A stretch of 64,000 nt of DNA from Rhizodiscina lignyota. Taxonomy: Eukaryota. Made by a program: the position numbers and the translations under genes. The stretch covers positions 930,001 through 994,000 of the forward strand of contig ML978125.1 of assembly GCA_010015805.1 (NCBI GenBank). The letters run 5' to 3'. The notes below the pieces were generated by a model. It saw nothing but the letters and a program-made list of their open reading frames with translations. It was not told where the DNA came from and did not search any database. Below, one piece after another: positions 1 to 13,721 of this stretch. How positions within the stretch are numbered: position 1 is the stretch's first letter; every line of letters begins with the position of its first letter.

Positions 1-916
1 GTCCTTTCATTATATTCAATACTTCGCCTGCTGTGTCACCAAAGGTAGCCCAAAGCTGCCGCCTTCTCAGCGGACTTTGCCTTCATTCCCTTATGTTCCA
101 CACGCACTGATTCCCATGCACGTGTTGCAAGAATACAGGATGCTTCTAAATGCAAGACAGTGATCGTCCAACATCAATACCCAGTCCTGCGCAAAACGTT
201 TCTCTTCTGCACCATCTATGCGTCAATAGTAGTCGAACCTTGGCCAAACACATTTCCGCGGCCATACCAGCAATGCTGCCACAACTGTGCTACAAGAGTG
301 GAAGAAGCGTGCATCATGCGCACACAGACCTTCACGTACTAGCCGTGGAAGAACAGAAGAACTCTTCCATAGTAACACAGTGGCTTCTCAACATAGGCGC
401 CTCACCCTGCGGAAGAGACTTCTGCCGCATGCCAATCGTCCCTCGTGCAAGTGCACCGCAAGAGAGGAGAAGGTGAGTGATCTCCGTCAACTAGCTTGGC
501 CATCACAGTGTTGGAAAGATGGAAGATGCTTCCTACGGCAAAACGCAACACGGCTGTATGAGCAGAAGACCCCTTTGCCTCGCTTTCAATCGACGAGCAA
601 TACAAAACAGATTCTATTTCAAAGGGGACTAATTTAAACAACTAACAAAGGAGTAACATGTCTAAAATTGAACTTGATTGATTGCTCACACTGTACCATT
701 CTTAATATAGCTATTTTCCTCGCGCTACACATCATACAGAAGGTGTGAAATGAAGTTCTTGAGTGGCGATTATCCCACGGAATGTGGGCCCCCGCTAGCC
801 TACTTATCGCTATCCACGGATAGGTCGGTCGTAGGTCGGGTTTAAGGCCACAGGGCGTAGTATCTGTCTTACATGCTTTCAAAAGTTGCAAATAGATGCA
901 TTATTTATATCAGTAC

Positions 917-934
917 ATATATATATATATATAT
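917..934. repeat. (AT)9 microsatellite
   Basis: ATATATATATATATATAT upstream of the ketopantoate reductase gene. Confidence 0.9.
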
Positions 935-1058
935 GCTCCAATTCTTCTTATTTGCTCAGAGATATCTCACCATTTCTAGTAAATAGCGTAAGACCTTCGT
1001 TTTCAGTCTCGCCAGACATCCCCGATAATCGGACGAGAAACAACAAAAGGCCACAAGC

Positions 1059-2039
1059 ATGGCACCCAATGTCCTGATCTTCGGAGCAGGTGCTATCGGC
1101 AGCATCTACGTCTACATCCTAGACCAGGCCGGCGCGAATGTGACAGCCGTATGCAGAAGCAACTATCAGGCGGCGAAAGAGCACGGGTTTGAGATCATGT
1201 CAGAGAAGTTCGGCCACGTCAAAGTCAAATCGTCCGTTGTGCGCACAGTCGAGGAGGCATCGGGCCAAGAATGGGACTACGTGCTGGTCTGCAGCAAAGC
1301 GATGTGCGGTTCCAGGCCCACGACAGCAGAAATATTGAAGCCAGTGGTCGGCGCGAAGACTGCCATTGTGCTCCTCCAGAACGGCATCAGCATTGAAGAG
1401 GAATACATTGAAGCCTATCCAAGTAATCCTGTCATATCTGTCGTGGTCTACCTCCCCGCCACTCAACTTGCATCTGGTATCATCAAAATGGGCGACCTCG
1501 AGTATCTGGAAGTCGGGACGTACCCATCGGACGCCCCGTCATCCCACAAGGAGGCCGCATCCGCATTCTGCGACCTCATCAAGGCTGGCAAAGGGCATGC
1601 AATCCTCTACGACGACGTTCAGCCCCGACGCTGGAGCAAGCTTATCGTCAATGCACCGTGGAATCCGCTCTGCGCGTTAGCGCGCTCCACAGACGTCGCG
1701 TTCATGAACGCTTCGCCCCAGGCCACGGACGTTGTGTGGAGTGTGATGAAGGAGATCGTTGCCATCGCGAACGCGTTAGGATACGCAGAGATCAACGAGG
1801 AGGAGGCAGCGTTTCAGCTTGGCAGGGCGAAAGCGAGGATTCCGGACAAAGGAATCGAGCCTAGCATGCTTGCTGACATTTGGCTAGGAAGGGCGATGGA
1901 GGTTGAGGCAATTGTAGGCAATACGGTGCGAATTGCTGAGAAGAAGGGTGTCCCGGCGCCAGGATTGACAATGATATACGTTCTCACGAAAGCCCTGGAC
2001 GAGAGCAACGCAAGGCAGAGGATATTGAAGAAATTATGA
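1059..2039 (+). CDS. Ketopantoate reductase (2-dehydropantoate 2-reductase, PanE/ApbA family)
   Basis: Intronless 326-aa ORF. N-terminal GAGAIG Rossmann motif, LLQNG, WSKLIVNAPWN and SMLADIWLGRAMEVEAIVG motifs typical of the ApbA family. Confidence 0.9.
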   Translation: MAPNVLIFGAGAIGSIYVYILDQAGANVTAVCRSNYQAAKEHGFEIMSEKFGHVKVKSSVVRTVEEASGQEWDYVLVCSKAMCGSRPTTAEILKPVVGAKTAIVLLQNGISIEEEYIEAYPSNPVISVVVYLPATQLASGIIKMGDLEYLEVGTYPSDAPSSHKEAASAFCDLIKAGKGHAILYDDVQPRRWSKLIVNAPWNPLCALARSTDVAFMNASPQATDVVWSVMKEIVAIANALGYAEINEEEAAFQLGRAKARIPDKGIEPSMLADIWLGRAMEVEAIVGNTVRIAEKKGVPAPGLTMIYVLTKALDESNARQRILKKL

Positions 2040-2345
2040 GATGCCTGCCTTGACTGCAACGCTGGCAGACGGGCTCTGTATGAGATAGACCTGGGCTTCT
2101 CAGGGCTTTGAAGACTCTCACTCGAGTTGTCGATCTGTAAACAGCGAAGAGGTTTTATAGAAGCGCAAGTAGACATAGATTTGCTGTTCGCTCGCAGGAA
2201 AGATCAGAAGGGGAAGCAGTTTGCTCTTCTCATTACAATTGTTAAAGCCCCAGAAACTTGCTCGTAACCCCGCGTTCAACGCTATGCAGACTCTGCCATG
2301 CCACTAAGAATGAGAGACGTATGTACACTTGTATTTAGACGGCCG

Positions 2346-5300
2346 CTAGAACCCAAACGGGTTTTGAGGAGCTGTTGCGAATGTTAGCATGCTCCTTAGC
2401 GCCACCACAGATGAAGCGAACTTACTGGCTTGAGAAAGATTCGCCCTCCGTCCCGTTGGCTGAGGGGTCAATTTGTTAGCGGCAGGATTGACACCGAACC
2501 GGACTGGTGGCGGAGGTCCAGTCTTCTGCGGTACCAAAGGTGCCGCGGTAGGCTGCTGAGGAATTGGCGGAGGTTGAGGGATTTGTTGTTGCTGACCGAA
2601 GCTAGGTTGTTGTTGCGGCTGCTGGCTAAAACCCTGTAGCCCTTGTTGTTGGGGCTGTTGCCCGAAGCCAGGATTGCCATATTGATTCAGCTGAGGACCA
2701 TTTCCAAATTGGCTGATTCCAGTTCTTTGTGGAGTCAAAGCAGGAGGCAAGAAAGAGTTGATTCCAGTCTGCTGAGGTTGCAACTGCGGAGGTGGGGAGA
2801 AGGTCTGGAAACCAGTAGGCTGTGGTTGAAACCTCGGGTTAGGATCCGCAAAGGGACTGCCATTTTGCTGACCATTGATGAGCTGCTGCTGAACAGTCAA
2901 GAATCCTGGTTGTCCAAACCCGGTGGGCTGGGGCTGGAGTCCCTGCTGTTGAAATTGTCCATAGCCGGTGGGCTGTGACAGGATGCCATTCTGGAATTGA
3001 CCCGGCTGCTGGCCAAATCCAGTAGGTTGGCTCTGTAGGAAGTTCTGCTGCAGTCGCTGTTGGTTGAGGTCCTGCAGACTTTGCCCCGGAGGAGAAATGT
3101 GGGTTTGGAAGTTCGGGTTGGGACCGCCTGGGAAACCTGTGAGCTGGGGCTGCAGGGCAGGCGGCGGAGCAAATGCTGGCGGATTGGGAACCGATGCAGC
3201 GCGCTGAGGTGGAGGTGCAATCAGACCACCAGTTGCGGAAGCCTGTTGTGGCACTTGAGGCCTCTGTCTTGGCGGTGCGAACTGTTGTTGCGGAACACCG
3301 GTCTGTTGCGGGCTAAACTGTTGTTGAATAATGCCGGTTTGCTGTGGAGTAAACTGCTGTTGAGGTGGCTGTTGCTGAGGCGGCTGCTTCGCAAGCTGGT
3401 CGAAAAGCGAAGGTGCAGCTCCCACGGGCTGTTGTGGCTGTTGTTGTGGAGCAGGCTGGGGTTGAGGAGGCACCTGCTGCTGAGGAATCGGCTGAGGAGC
3501 TGGCTGGGGTGCCTGTGTAGGCTGTAATGGCGGAGATGTCAGTGACAGCGACGACAACTCGCCAAGCGCTCCTGATGGAGGAGCTGGTGCCGGTGCAGGC
3601 GCAGGCGCTTGAGCAGGTGCAGCGGGAGCTGAGGCGCTTGATGTTGACGTTGACTGTTTGACCTGTCGTGGCTCCCAGGCATTATCCTCAAAGCCAGTGC
3701 TGACACGTCGCTCTAGTTTCGGCGCTGGTTTCGGCACAGAGGTCAGCGGGGTGGCAGTAGCATCTGAAGGCATAGGCTTTTCATCGCCTTTCTGCTTCAG
3801 AGCATCTCCATCAACCACATCATTCGTTTGGCCTGTGGGCGTTGGGCGGCCCCTTCGAGTGTTGTTCCTGAGAGTTCCGCCAGCCCCAGAAAAGAGGCCG
3901 CCGGCATCGCCATTAGCATTTTCAGCCTCACCGTTTGCACCCTTTGAAACCGCAAAAGTCGTTGTCCTGTTAAACTTGCTGTCCAGGAGTCTCATAACAC
4001 GGAGAATATCGCCTTCTTTCAGTCCCAAGGTGCGGAGAAGTTCTGGCGTGATATCCTGCTGATTCTCTTCACCCATCTCGTCTGCATCAAATGCGTTCGC
4101 ATATCTCTGGCAAATCTGCGGATTGACACCAGCCTGGAGGAAGAAATCAAACCAGTCATACGTTGGCTTCTTCGGCTGTTCGACAGAGATGCCAGTCTTT
4201 CCGTTTTCACGAGCAGAGGCGGCTGCGGTAGCGGCATCTTTCTTTCGCTGCGACTCGCGCCGCTTGAGGCTTGACAAAGGCTTGTCGTCCTCGAGAGACA
4301 CTCCAGAAATGGCCTCGACGTATTCCAAATCCTCAACTGCCATCTTCTGGACGGGCACTGCGATTTTAACGCCATTGAGCTTGTGCAGATGGATCTTGCC
4401 GTCTCGGAGACCGATGTATTCAGCTTCGACCTTGAACGATCCCGATCGATCAGTCCACGTTCGGACTTTCTTGGAGTCGGGTTCTGGTATTCTTTAGCAT
4501 CTCGATACTCTCCCAAATGATGTCGCAACTTACTGGCTTTGCCAGACCCGCCTTTCGTGTCTCGGCTTTCGCGCTTGCCTCTCTGTGACGGGCGTCTCTC
4601 AGTTCCCTGCGCCAAACTGCTTTGACGTTGAGGTAAATGCAAGCCGGGTCCTACCTCTGTAGCACCGTCATCTCCTCGCCTACTCTGCCTTGCCGCATTC
4701 CTCGTAAGACGCTCTTCGTCCAATCTATTCTGCTCTACAGTCGATCGACCTGCGTTGATGCCAGCCGCGCCTGACGCGGAAACGGAGCCCGTAATCTCGA
4801 CGTAATTACTGGGTACGACTCCCTCCTTTCCGTTCTTCAGACGACGGACCATCCACCATTCGTCACTCTTCGCGTCATCGAGGACAATGACTTCATCCCC
4901 AGCGGCCACGGTGACCTCATCTTCTCCTTGAGCCATGAAATCGAACAGTAATTGACCTTTCTTCTGCGCGCTCCCACTACTTGCAGCAAGGACTTCACGG
5001 AGGCCTTCGGCCCTCGCAGCTCCAGCAATTTCACCCAAGCCTGACACAATCTCGTGTGCGGTGTCTTTCGCTCCAGCATGAAAATCAATGCTTCGACTTG
5101 GTCGCACAAGCTCCAGAAATACATGCTTGCCCTCAATCGAATAGTGTGTCAGCTTCTCCGCCGTCCATTCCACCTGCGGCCCGTCTCGCGACTTTTCCGG
5201 TGCTATCATGATGATGCCCTTCGCGATATTGACTCCAAGAGTACAAGGCATCTTCCTATTCTTGCCATTGTGTGATATCATCTCATGGATGTTGTAAAGA

Positions 5301-6203
5301 TGAAACCCTCCTGGCGAGGGAAGCACATTTTCATCATCGTATGCACCACCGATAGCTCGATTGTATGGAGGCGAAGGTTGCACGCCAGGTGGAGACGGAG
5401 ATCGGACGGGGGCATGTTGAATAGGTGGAGAGGGTAGCTGTTCAGAGGGTGGTCGTCTCGGTAGTATAGGCGCCGGTTCTTCATCCGACTCTTCTGGAGT
5501 ATATTGGGGTTGTCTTGGAGGCATCGCTGGAGGCGGCGATATTGGAGCTCTGCTCGCAGCTGCCGAACCACCCGTCTTCTGAGCTAGTATACCAGCAAGT
5601 GCGACGGCTGGGCTTTGCGTCGGCGTTCCGGTCGAACTTGGAGTCGGTGGCTCATCAGGCTCTGGTTCAGGTATGGACGCTCTCGGCCGCACGGGGAGAG
5701 AGGGAGAAGCATCAGCCTCTTCAATATAGTTCGCTGGGACGAACCCGAACTCCCCGTTCAGTCCCACTAAGGTCCAATCAGGATCCGAGCTGTCGTAGAC
5801 GTTGAGAGTTGCATCTTCGGAGAAAGAGAGTTCTTCATCCGTCTGCCGCGTATAGTCATATAAGGCCTTTGCCTTATGCAACGGTTTAGCCTTTAAAGAG
5901 GGGCATATTAGCATCTCTGCATTACCCTTTCTTCGCAAGTCGAACAGCGCATGTTCGGAGTACGAAACTCCGTGCGCTGCAATAGCAGTTCTGAGAAAGA
6001 CATACCTCCTCCACATAGTTGTTTGGTATCAGCCCTTCAGGCTCTTCCTCATCTTCAATGTTTGCCTTCTTCTTTGCCCTCCACCAATCGTCCTCCTTGC
6101 TCTTCTCAAGAACGAAGAGAAGGTCTCCCTCCTGAATCGCTAGCTCACCTTCACCCTGCGGAATGTAGTCATAGACTGCTCTGTAAATTCCCAGAAACAC
6201 CAT
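2346..6203 (-). CDS. SLA1: Actin cytoskeleton/endocytosis adaptor Sla1 (3x SH3, PH-like, SHD1, SAM-like, QxTG repeats)
   Basis: Exons 6203-6006, 5890-4534, 4483-~2425 and a short last exon to 2346, joined by GT-AG introns. SH3 motifs AVYDY/ALYDY/LLFDF. SHD1 [24 protein letters not shown] motif, many P/QQxTG repeats, terminal NPFGF. Confidence 0.95.
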
Positions 6204-7039
6204 TGTGCAGTTTAAGATCGCTCAAATAACGATCACGGTAGTTCGAGGCGGCCGCAGATAGGGCTGGGATATTCTGGTCGGAGAGTGGAGGGTAGGCGTC
6301 GGAGGTGGGTGGCAGCCAAGCCGACGTGGGCTTGTTAGACGTGCACTATATAACTCCAAAGAAAGTTGTTGAAGTTCTATGAAAGAGGAAGAAGCCCATC
6401 CGGCGCTGGGAGTGCTCACAGGCGCTAGGAAAGAAAGATTTGTTAAGCATGAAGCGCGCGGAGCGTGAGACACGAACGCATTGGAGGTTGATTTCTTGGC
6501 ATGGCCGGGGTTAGGCGTCATCCAGACCAGAGACTGTTCCACAACCTCCACTTCACTGCTCGATCACGGTGGCCATCCAGGGATATGCTACAGTGGCATC
6601 AACCAACCTTCTAAGATCACTCTTTCAAATAGCTTTTTGATCATACCGTCATTTTATTGCTCATTAAACAAAATGGTCTGCCGACACCTCGCTTGCTACC
6701 CCTGCGAGTTCATCCTGCCCCTTCAATGTTATTCATAGCTAGGCTCGCGCCTGATTTCGTTGTAACAAGTGGAACAGCTGCGGATCCGCAGAGCTCAGCT
6801 GTAATATGAAGAGAGCTCACCACCAAGCTACTTCTAGTATCTTCAACTGACTGTCCTGCGAACTGCAGTCTATCAATATGTCCACATCCATGAAGCCGGC
6901 AGTACCTGGAACCCTGCAATCATTCTCCCACCCCTATCGAGCATGATATCGGCACAGTAAAATGCGATGCTGTACTTGTGGGATCTTGGGAGTGTGATAC
7001 ATATGTTTGAAGCTCTGTGGTCGAACCTTGAGCAGCCGG

Positions 7040-8599
7040 TCAATACGTAAATTCGAAGCCCTCCTAATTTGAATCAGCACTGATCGGACTGCCGTGAGCT
7101 GCTATTGTCCACTTACAGTATGCTCAATTGTCCTTTTCCCTTTTCTCTCACTCTTATTCGCAAAGTAAAAGTAGAGTGAGAACAGGCCGACGAAAGCAAT
7201 CATGAGGATATGCGAACCAATCGATATCCACACTGCTGTCATATACCTTGGAGCCTCATTTTGTCTGATGATATAACTTCCTGCTATTCCTCCAGCACCA
7301 TTAAGGATGGTTACAGTGGCAGCGGTAAATACTCTCTTCCATTGCCTTTATCTAACGTCAGCTTCTCATGGTGGCCGATACAGAAGAACAAGAGACTTAC
7401 CCAACAATGTTGTTTGCTTGGTATGCGTTTAAAGCAGCCCAATTAGCAACATACGCCCCCGTGGCGAGATATGTGCCAATATATCTCACAGTAACCTGTG
7501 AAGCGAATCCCAGCATACAGAAGCCAACAATCAAACAGAGGCAGTTGAATATTATGATCGGTCCCCGCATGCGTAACTTGTCCCCAAAGTACGAACTGAG
7601 TATGGCAGGGACCACTGCATAATAATAAGGTGGGGCAGACAGCAAGATTGCTTGATTTGTGCTGAATCCCATGCCGCTTTGTAGAATGATTGGCAAGAAG
7701 TATGAGAGACTGGTAGAGACGAGGTTCAAAAGGAAATAAAGCACAGCAAATCCATACACCTTGAAGTCCTTCGCGTGAACTAGGAGTTTAGTCAGGCTAA
7801 AAGGCTCGACATGTACGTCTCCTCTATCTCGTTGGATTCTGGACGTTGCGATCTTGACTTCTCCTTCACTGAGGAAGCGGAAGCTCTTATGCGCATGTTC
7901 TGGGAAGTCCACCATCCACCAGAACGTGACTATGCCCATCACGCAGGCGATAAGGCCCTGGACAAGAAACATCCATTGCCATCCTTTCAATGAGCCTCTC
8001 CCATCAAGCTGATTCAGGCCGAAATTGACAATCGATCCGGTCGCCAGGACGATGACCTCCCCGCTCTGCATGTATGCAAATCGCAATTGCTGCTCCTCGC
8101 GCTTGTACCAAGTGGATATTAGATACGTTAGTCCTGGATAGACACCACTCATCGCAATGCCCAACAGCACTCTTAATGCGATCATCTGCCGCCAGCTCTT
8201 CACGAATGCGGTGCATAGCGTAATCACGCCAAACGCGAACGTGATGCTTGCGAACCACCAGCGAGGGCCAAAGAAGCGCACTGCAACTGTGGACGGGAGT
8301 TGGAATGCAATGGCAGAGAGGGTAAATATGAAGATGGAGACGGAATATCGGTCGCCCGTCAGGTCCAGATCTTTCAGCATAGAGGTCGTTGCGGCGCTCG
8401 ATATGACTCCAGAGTCGAGGAGATCAAGGGAGCAGAGAATGCCAGCAATGCTGCACAGACGGAGGTCCACATGGCGTCGAATACGAAGTTCTTCTTGAAG
8501 CAGCCTCTCGATTTCCTCTTCGTCATCGTAGTTACCGATAATTTCCTCTTCTACCTCTTCGGTACCGATGGCAGGCGTCTGTGAGTCCCTAAGGCCCAT
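7040..8599 (-). CDS. MFS transporter, anion:cation symporter (allantoate/nicotinate permease-like) family
   Basis: Long exon 8599-~7402 with YLISTWYKREEQQLR and LKGWQWMFLVQG motifs. Two downstream exons after GT-AG introns (QWKRVFTAATVT...; EGFEFTY*, stop at 7040). Confidence 0.88.
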
Positions 8600-9374
8600 C
8601 TTAGTGATGGTGGATGCAGAAATATTGGATTGTGTTCGAGGCGCCAAAGCCCAGACTCTCTCCAGCCTCGGATAGCGAATGCGATGCAGGGTACATTTGA
8701 CCGCTTAAGTTCGCTTCTCTTATCGGATGCTAATATAGCCAGGTAGTAAAGCTCTGTCCGACCTTAGTTGCTTGATTAGAGGTGCGGTTTCGGCGGGCCT
8801 TCCGATGATCTACGGAAGCCGGTTACACAGTGGGGAATTTGCAAGCATGTGCGGATGTGGGCAAGGGCATCGTGAACTTATTTCCGTGATGTCAATGCTC
8901 CTCAGGGATGCCAGATTGCAGACATGTGCTAATTGTGTTCGTTTCTAGAATATGATTGATACATGGATGGCACTGGTACGAGAAAGGTGCGTTCCAAGTC
9001 CAAGTTGGATGACGAAGCTCCCAGTTAGGAAGTGCTGATAAGTTACCGCTAACAGCAATTCTAATAGAGACACGCCACATTACAAAGCAGTGAGCCCCTA
9101 ACTATACGCTCAGACTACACGAAGAAATGAACTTCTGTAGCTTTACATGCTCTTGGAGACACAGTCGAAATTGTATGAGGGATTCCTGGCCAGCTCGAAC
9201 TGTATGCGAGATTCATCTTACCGTGGAGTTCAACAACGATATGTAACTAGCTAGGGGAATCTCGGTGTAATTCTGCAAATCACGCGAGACAACTCCTGAT
9301 ACAGCTACTATGTCGTCTCGACATCGTAGCTGAAGCCTCGTTTCGTCTTCATCTATATGTGGAGGACAGCCAAC

Positions 9375-9968
9375 TCAGACGCTATTTACGATGCGCATAT
9401 GCTTGATATCCACCTCGTCGACCAGATCGTCAATCTTGAAGTATTCCCCAAACACTTCCTTCTGAGGGACCTCTTTCCAAGGGGAAAGTAACACAAATTC
9501 TTCCTTCTTGCGTCCCTCATCCACTTTCCATCCACTCACAACCTTTCCATCTGTCACAGCCTGACCAATGCTCCTTTGGCTTCTTTCAAAGCGTCTTTCA
9601 ACCTCCCCCCTCTTTCCCTCCTTGACCAGAAATCTTCCCACTTGTACTAGGGGCGCCTCAACCCTCAAATCATCAAGCACGAAGTCGAAGTGCGCCATCC
9701 ACTGAAACTCGAAGTACTTCTGCATGGTCGGTACCATTTCCCTCCATTCCGTCGAGCTGTGCAGGTCTTTATAGTGCTGTGCGAGAGACTCCCATTGGCC
9801 GAGTAAATAGATGAAGCTCGGGTCCTCGACTTGCTGCAGGTAGTAGAAAGGAAAGCTGGTGAAGTCTTGAAGCCGATTTTTTATCTGTGTGAGCATGGCG
9901 CGCAGTTTAGGATCATCCAGTGAAGCTGTAGGCTTGAGCTTGAGAAGCCCAATCTCACTGACCGGCAT
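9375..9968 (-). CDS. Dimeric alpha-beta barrel (ABM-like) domain protein
   Basis: Intronless ~197-aa ORF. MPVSEIGLLKL...QQVEDPSFIYLLGQWESLAQH pattern matches fungal ABM-like proteins. Confidence 0.7.
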   Translation of the reverse strand: MPVSEIGLLKLKPTASLDDPKLRAMLTQIKNRLQDFTSFPFYYLQQVEDPSFIYLLGQWESLAQHYKDLHSSTEWREMVPTMQKYFEFQWMAHFDFVLDDLRVEAPLVQVGRFLVKEGKRGEVERRFERSQRSIGQAVTDGKVVSGWKVDEGRKKEEFVLLSPWKEVPQKEVFGEYFKIDDLVDEVDIKHMRIVNSV

Positions 9969-11363
9969 CTTCAAGGATGGCAGAGAGAACTATCTTCATT
10001 CAAATGGTAAGAAAATGTTTCGCAATGAGGATGAGTCTGAATCGGAGAATGTCCTTTATCCACTGTGACCCGAGAATGTTTAAAATGAAGTCTGAAGCCA
10101 GGATCTTATATTGGAAGCTGTAGCTATACATTAGTGACAGTTGTTGTCGCCCATTCGTTGTCGAAAGAGCAGGACTAGGCCAAATGTTTGAGTTGATGAT
10201 GTCATCTGCAAAGTGTTCAGATTGGTGAGACGCTGGATTGCCAGAAACAAAGAATTAGGAGTTAACTCTGTGCTCCAAATTATTTCATGTCATACATATA
10301 TCAGCACACTTTAAACAGAAAGAAAATTGAACGTGACGAGAAGCTGCTCAATTATACCAAAAGAAAGATGCGACATCCACATAGTCCAGTATCTGTGCAG
10401 GCAAATTCGACATGTCCACCTGTGTCTGTAAGCAGGGAACACGAATTTTGGGACCTAGGTTGATGAAGTTTGTAAGGTCAATATTCTTTCAGGGGAGCCA
10501 ATCGCCCGCAATTTGAGAGAAGTATTTGATATGAGAAAAGTCCGCTATGGGCTCCAACTCCGATGGAGAAATGCGCCGTATGCACGAGCTGTTGCTAAGA
10601 CGTATGTATGGTGACTTCAGGGTACACACTGTGCACCTGTTGCCCTGCATTTTTGCTGCGCAACAGGGGCAATCGCAAACCCAAGAAGAGACACGCCACA
10701 GTACAAGGCTGTGACCCACAGACTATATGCTCAGGCTTCTCGAAGAAACGAGTTCGCTTCACAAGCCTTCCAGTACAGGGCCAAAATGAGACAAGACAAG
10801 GGACTCTTGGCCCGCTCCTACCATACGCGAGAACTCATCCTAGCAGTGAGAGTCCACGGACTTGAGGAATATGGGCGCAATTTAGAGACAAGACGGCGAC
10901 CAATGTAAAAAAAAGCTTGCCACAAAGGTAGTGTAGTTCAGAGAAATTTCATCCAATGATAGAAGAATAATTTCTCTAAAGAGCAGCATCAATCGAAAAA
11001 TTTCGTCAACTAACAGGGCAAATGCTTGATGTGAGAGTAACGGTGCGAGGCGAAAACATTGACAGAAGACAGAAGTCACACTCCCGAAACTCTTGCATGC
11101 TTTGGAGATATGTATGCAGTTAATAAAGGAACTCTCTAGACTGTACAAGCATCATTCGCGCATGTTCAACCTTATTAAATTCATAAAGATGCGAGAAGGA
11201 ACTTCATCAGTTGCTTACTAAAATACTGCCCCGGTATCAGATCCGACCTCGGCATTTCCATATCCAAGTCCCCCACCACAAACGTCAGTCGTTTACCTAT
11301 CTGCAATGAGCATCTAACGTCATAAAGAAATGGCCGCGAGCGCCAGATATAACTTCCGTAGAC

Positions 11364-12565
11364 ATGACGACGTTAACACCAGCATCTGCGGTACGTTCTA
11401 CTCAATCTGCACCGAAACGCAAGGATTTCGGCATGGTGGAGAGTTTTGATATTGACATCCCGCAGCAAGCGATAGCGCGACTTCGAGCATATTGCCCACC
11501 ACCGACACATTATTATAGTCTTCCGTTGTCGAGGAGAGCGGCTGTATTAATTCTCTTGTTTGCGGACCGATATGGGGATTTGAGAGTTGTGCTTACGATG
11601 AGGGCGAATACGTTGAAGTCATGTGGGTCTTCTCCCAATTGACCACGGAATTATATGCTTATGCAATTTAGACGCTGGCCAAGCTGCGCTTCCTGGGGGT
11701 AAGCAGTTTATTCTTCAATCGTTCGTATAATTTCGGGGAAATGATCCTAAGTAGAGTCACAGGCAAGGCGGACAGCTTGTCGGAGACTGCGTTCCAGACA
11801 GCCAGACGAGAAGCATACGAGGAGATTGGATTACCACTGGAAGACAGCAAGATGCCACCACCATTCCGGGTTGAGCATCTGTGCCAGCTGCCTATGAATC
11901 TTGCCCGAACCGAGCTGGGCGTTCGACCAACGGTTGCATTTATATCGAGTACCAATAGTACACAATCTGGGTCCACAGGTACGACAGAGACCAATGGCCG
12001 TGCACCATCCGTTGAGGAGGCATTAATACCAAGACTCGATGCCAAGGAAGTAGCCGCTGTGTTCTCTGCTCCGTTTCACAACTTCTTAAGAGCAACGGAT
12101 GAAAAGCGAGGCCATATCCACACGACAGCAAGCGCGTCACCTCCGGATGGAGCCGGCGTCGAAGCTGCTGGATTTCCATCGGGCTGGTATAAAGGCACTT
12201 GGACAGATTGGCACGAAAGCCGATGGAGGATGCACAACTTCTACGTGCCGGTAGCCGGACAGACCGTAACTCGCCCTCCGCCCGAGCAAATGGTGTCGCC
12301 GTTGCCGTATCGAGATCGCTCTCCATCTACGGGTGACGATCCATTAGCAGGACTGAGCAGATTCAGAGTGTTCGGCATGACGGCGCGGATAATGGTAGAC
12401 GCAGCTCGCGTCGCATACGGAGAGGATCCGGAGTTCGAGCACAACTCGCATTTTGGCGATGAAGAGATGATCGAGCGACTTATGAGGATGGGACGACTGG
12501 GGCCAATTCGAAGGAGGAGCGACGAGATCACAAAGGAGGATATGGTAGCAGCTTCAAAGCTCTAG
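11364..12565 (+). CDS. NUDIX hydrolase, CoA pyrophosphatase (PCD1/NUDT7-like), peroxisomal
   Basis: Three introns. RAAVLILL..LRVVLTMRA, then a Nudix box assembled across exons (AALPGG-KADSLSETAFQTARREAYEEIGL), VFGMTARI, and C-terminal SKL (PTS1). Confidence 0.88.
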
Positions 12566-13699
12566 ACTTGAATGCACATAAGCTGACCCAAATGGGTGTT
12601 AAGAGTACAAGCGTAACGACAACGGAAATAGAGGCCGTTACTCCAGCTTCAGCCGCTGCAGCTGTGGAGCGGCACAAGAAGGCTGAGCAATGCACAGAAC
12701 CGCAGCCGAAGAAAAGACGTCTTCTGAGACGCAGGTACGCGGGAAATTGAGGCCCAACTCGTGCAATGATAACATGTTACCTGCAATGTCAATGTACACG
12801 CAGTGTAATGGAAATGGGGGAAGAGGTGTTCTCTCGCCTGCGAGGTTCATTTTTCCTTCTTCCTCCTGTGACACAACGCAACCGTTACGTGTAACCGTAG
12901 GCGAAGCAGATGTGTGAGGCTGAACCGTGGGCCGCGTTAAGCCGATGGGCCGGCATCAGGTCTGGCGCAATTGCCACGAGGAGGCACTGGGGAATGGCCC
13001 ACAGAATGCAGAAGAAGCAAAATGGAAGGATCGTGGCTTAACGGCCTCGCGATCCCATACGAAGAGGAACCACTGAACGATCGAACAGACAATGACGATG
13101 GAAGAGAGGGCGCCAATGGCGCTACAAGCGAACTGTGCCGCTAAGTGATAGGATATTAAGGACGAATCAATTGTAGTTACGAGGACCAGGTCTTGATAAC
13201 GATGAATTCGTGCCGCCATTTGACGGACGGCACAGTTGGTCAGGTGGAAATTTCAACTACAATGCCCCCACCGGAGAGAACAGTTGGTGTCGACGTGCAT
13301 GCAGTAACGTCTGCGCCAGATGCGCCACAAATGTGAGAATGCTTGAATCAACGGAAAGGTGCACGAGTCTGCCGGGACGTTTGAATTAAAGGCAGTGTAA
13401 TCGTGCACCTGTCATTCGCAGAGCGCAGACAATGGCACACGTTGTGATCCCGTGAACTGTATATAAAACACAGAGGCGTTAATGAGGCAATATCGTGTGA
13501 ACGAGATGCGCAACATGGATATGTTATACCTAGAGTCGCATCCTTCGTGATCTGCTTGCTTGGAGTGGAGGAATCAAAGCCAAGCGAGAGACACGACAAC
13601 CCGGGGTCCCGGTCAGGGGCCGGAAAAGAACTCAGAGTCTGTGAGCTTGTGACAGGGCAAACATGGTGAGTGTTGCCACCGAGGGAGTGGAAAATCACC

Positions 13700-13721
13700 G
13701 TCAAGGTCAAGGTCAAGGTCA
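13700..13721. repeat. (TCAAGG)3+ hexanucleotide repeat
   Basis: gtcaaggtcaaggtcaaggtca in a long intergenic region. Confidence 0.8.

Noticed and set aside
1..900. Short ORFs at the window start
   Set aside because: No recognisable domain or consistent exon structure. It may be a gene tail cut by the window edge, but this is unsupported.
2460..3400. Q/P-rich repetitive DNA and long antisense ORFs
   Set aside because: Explained by the known Sla1 QxTG repeat region. The antisense ORFs are shadows.
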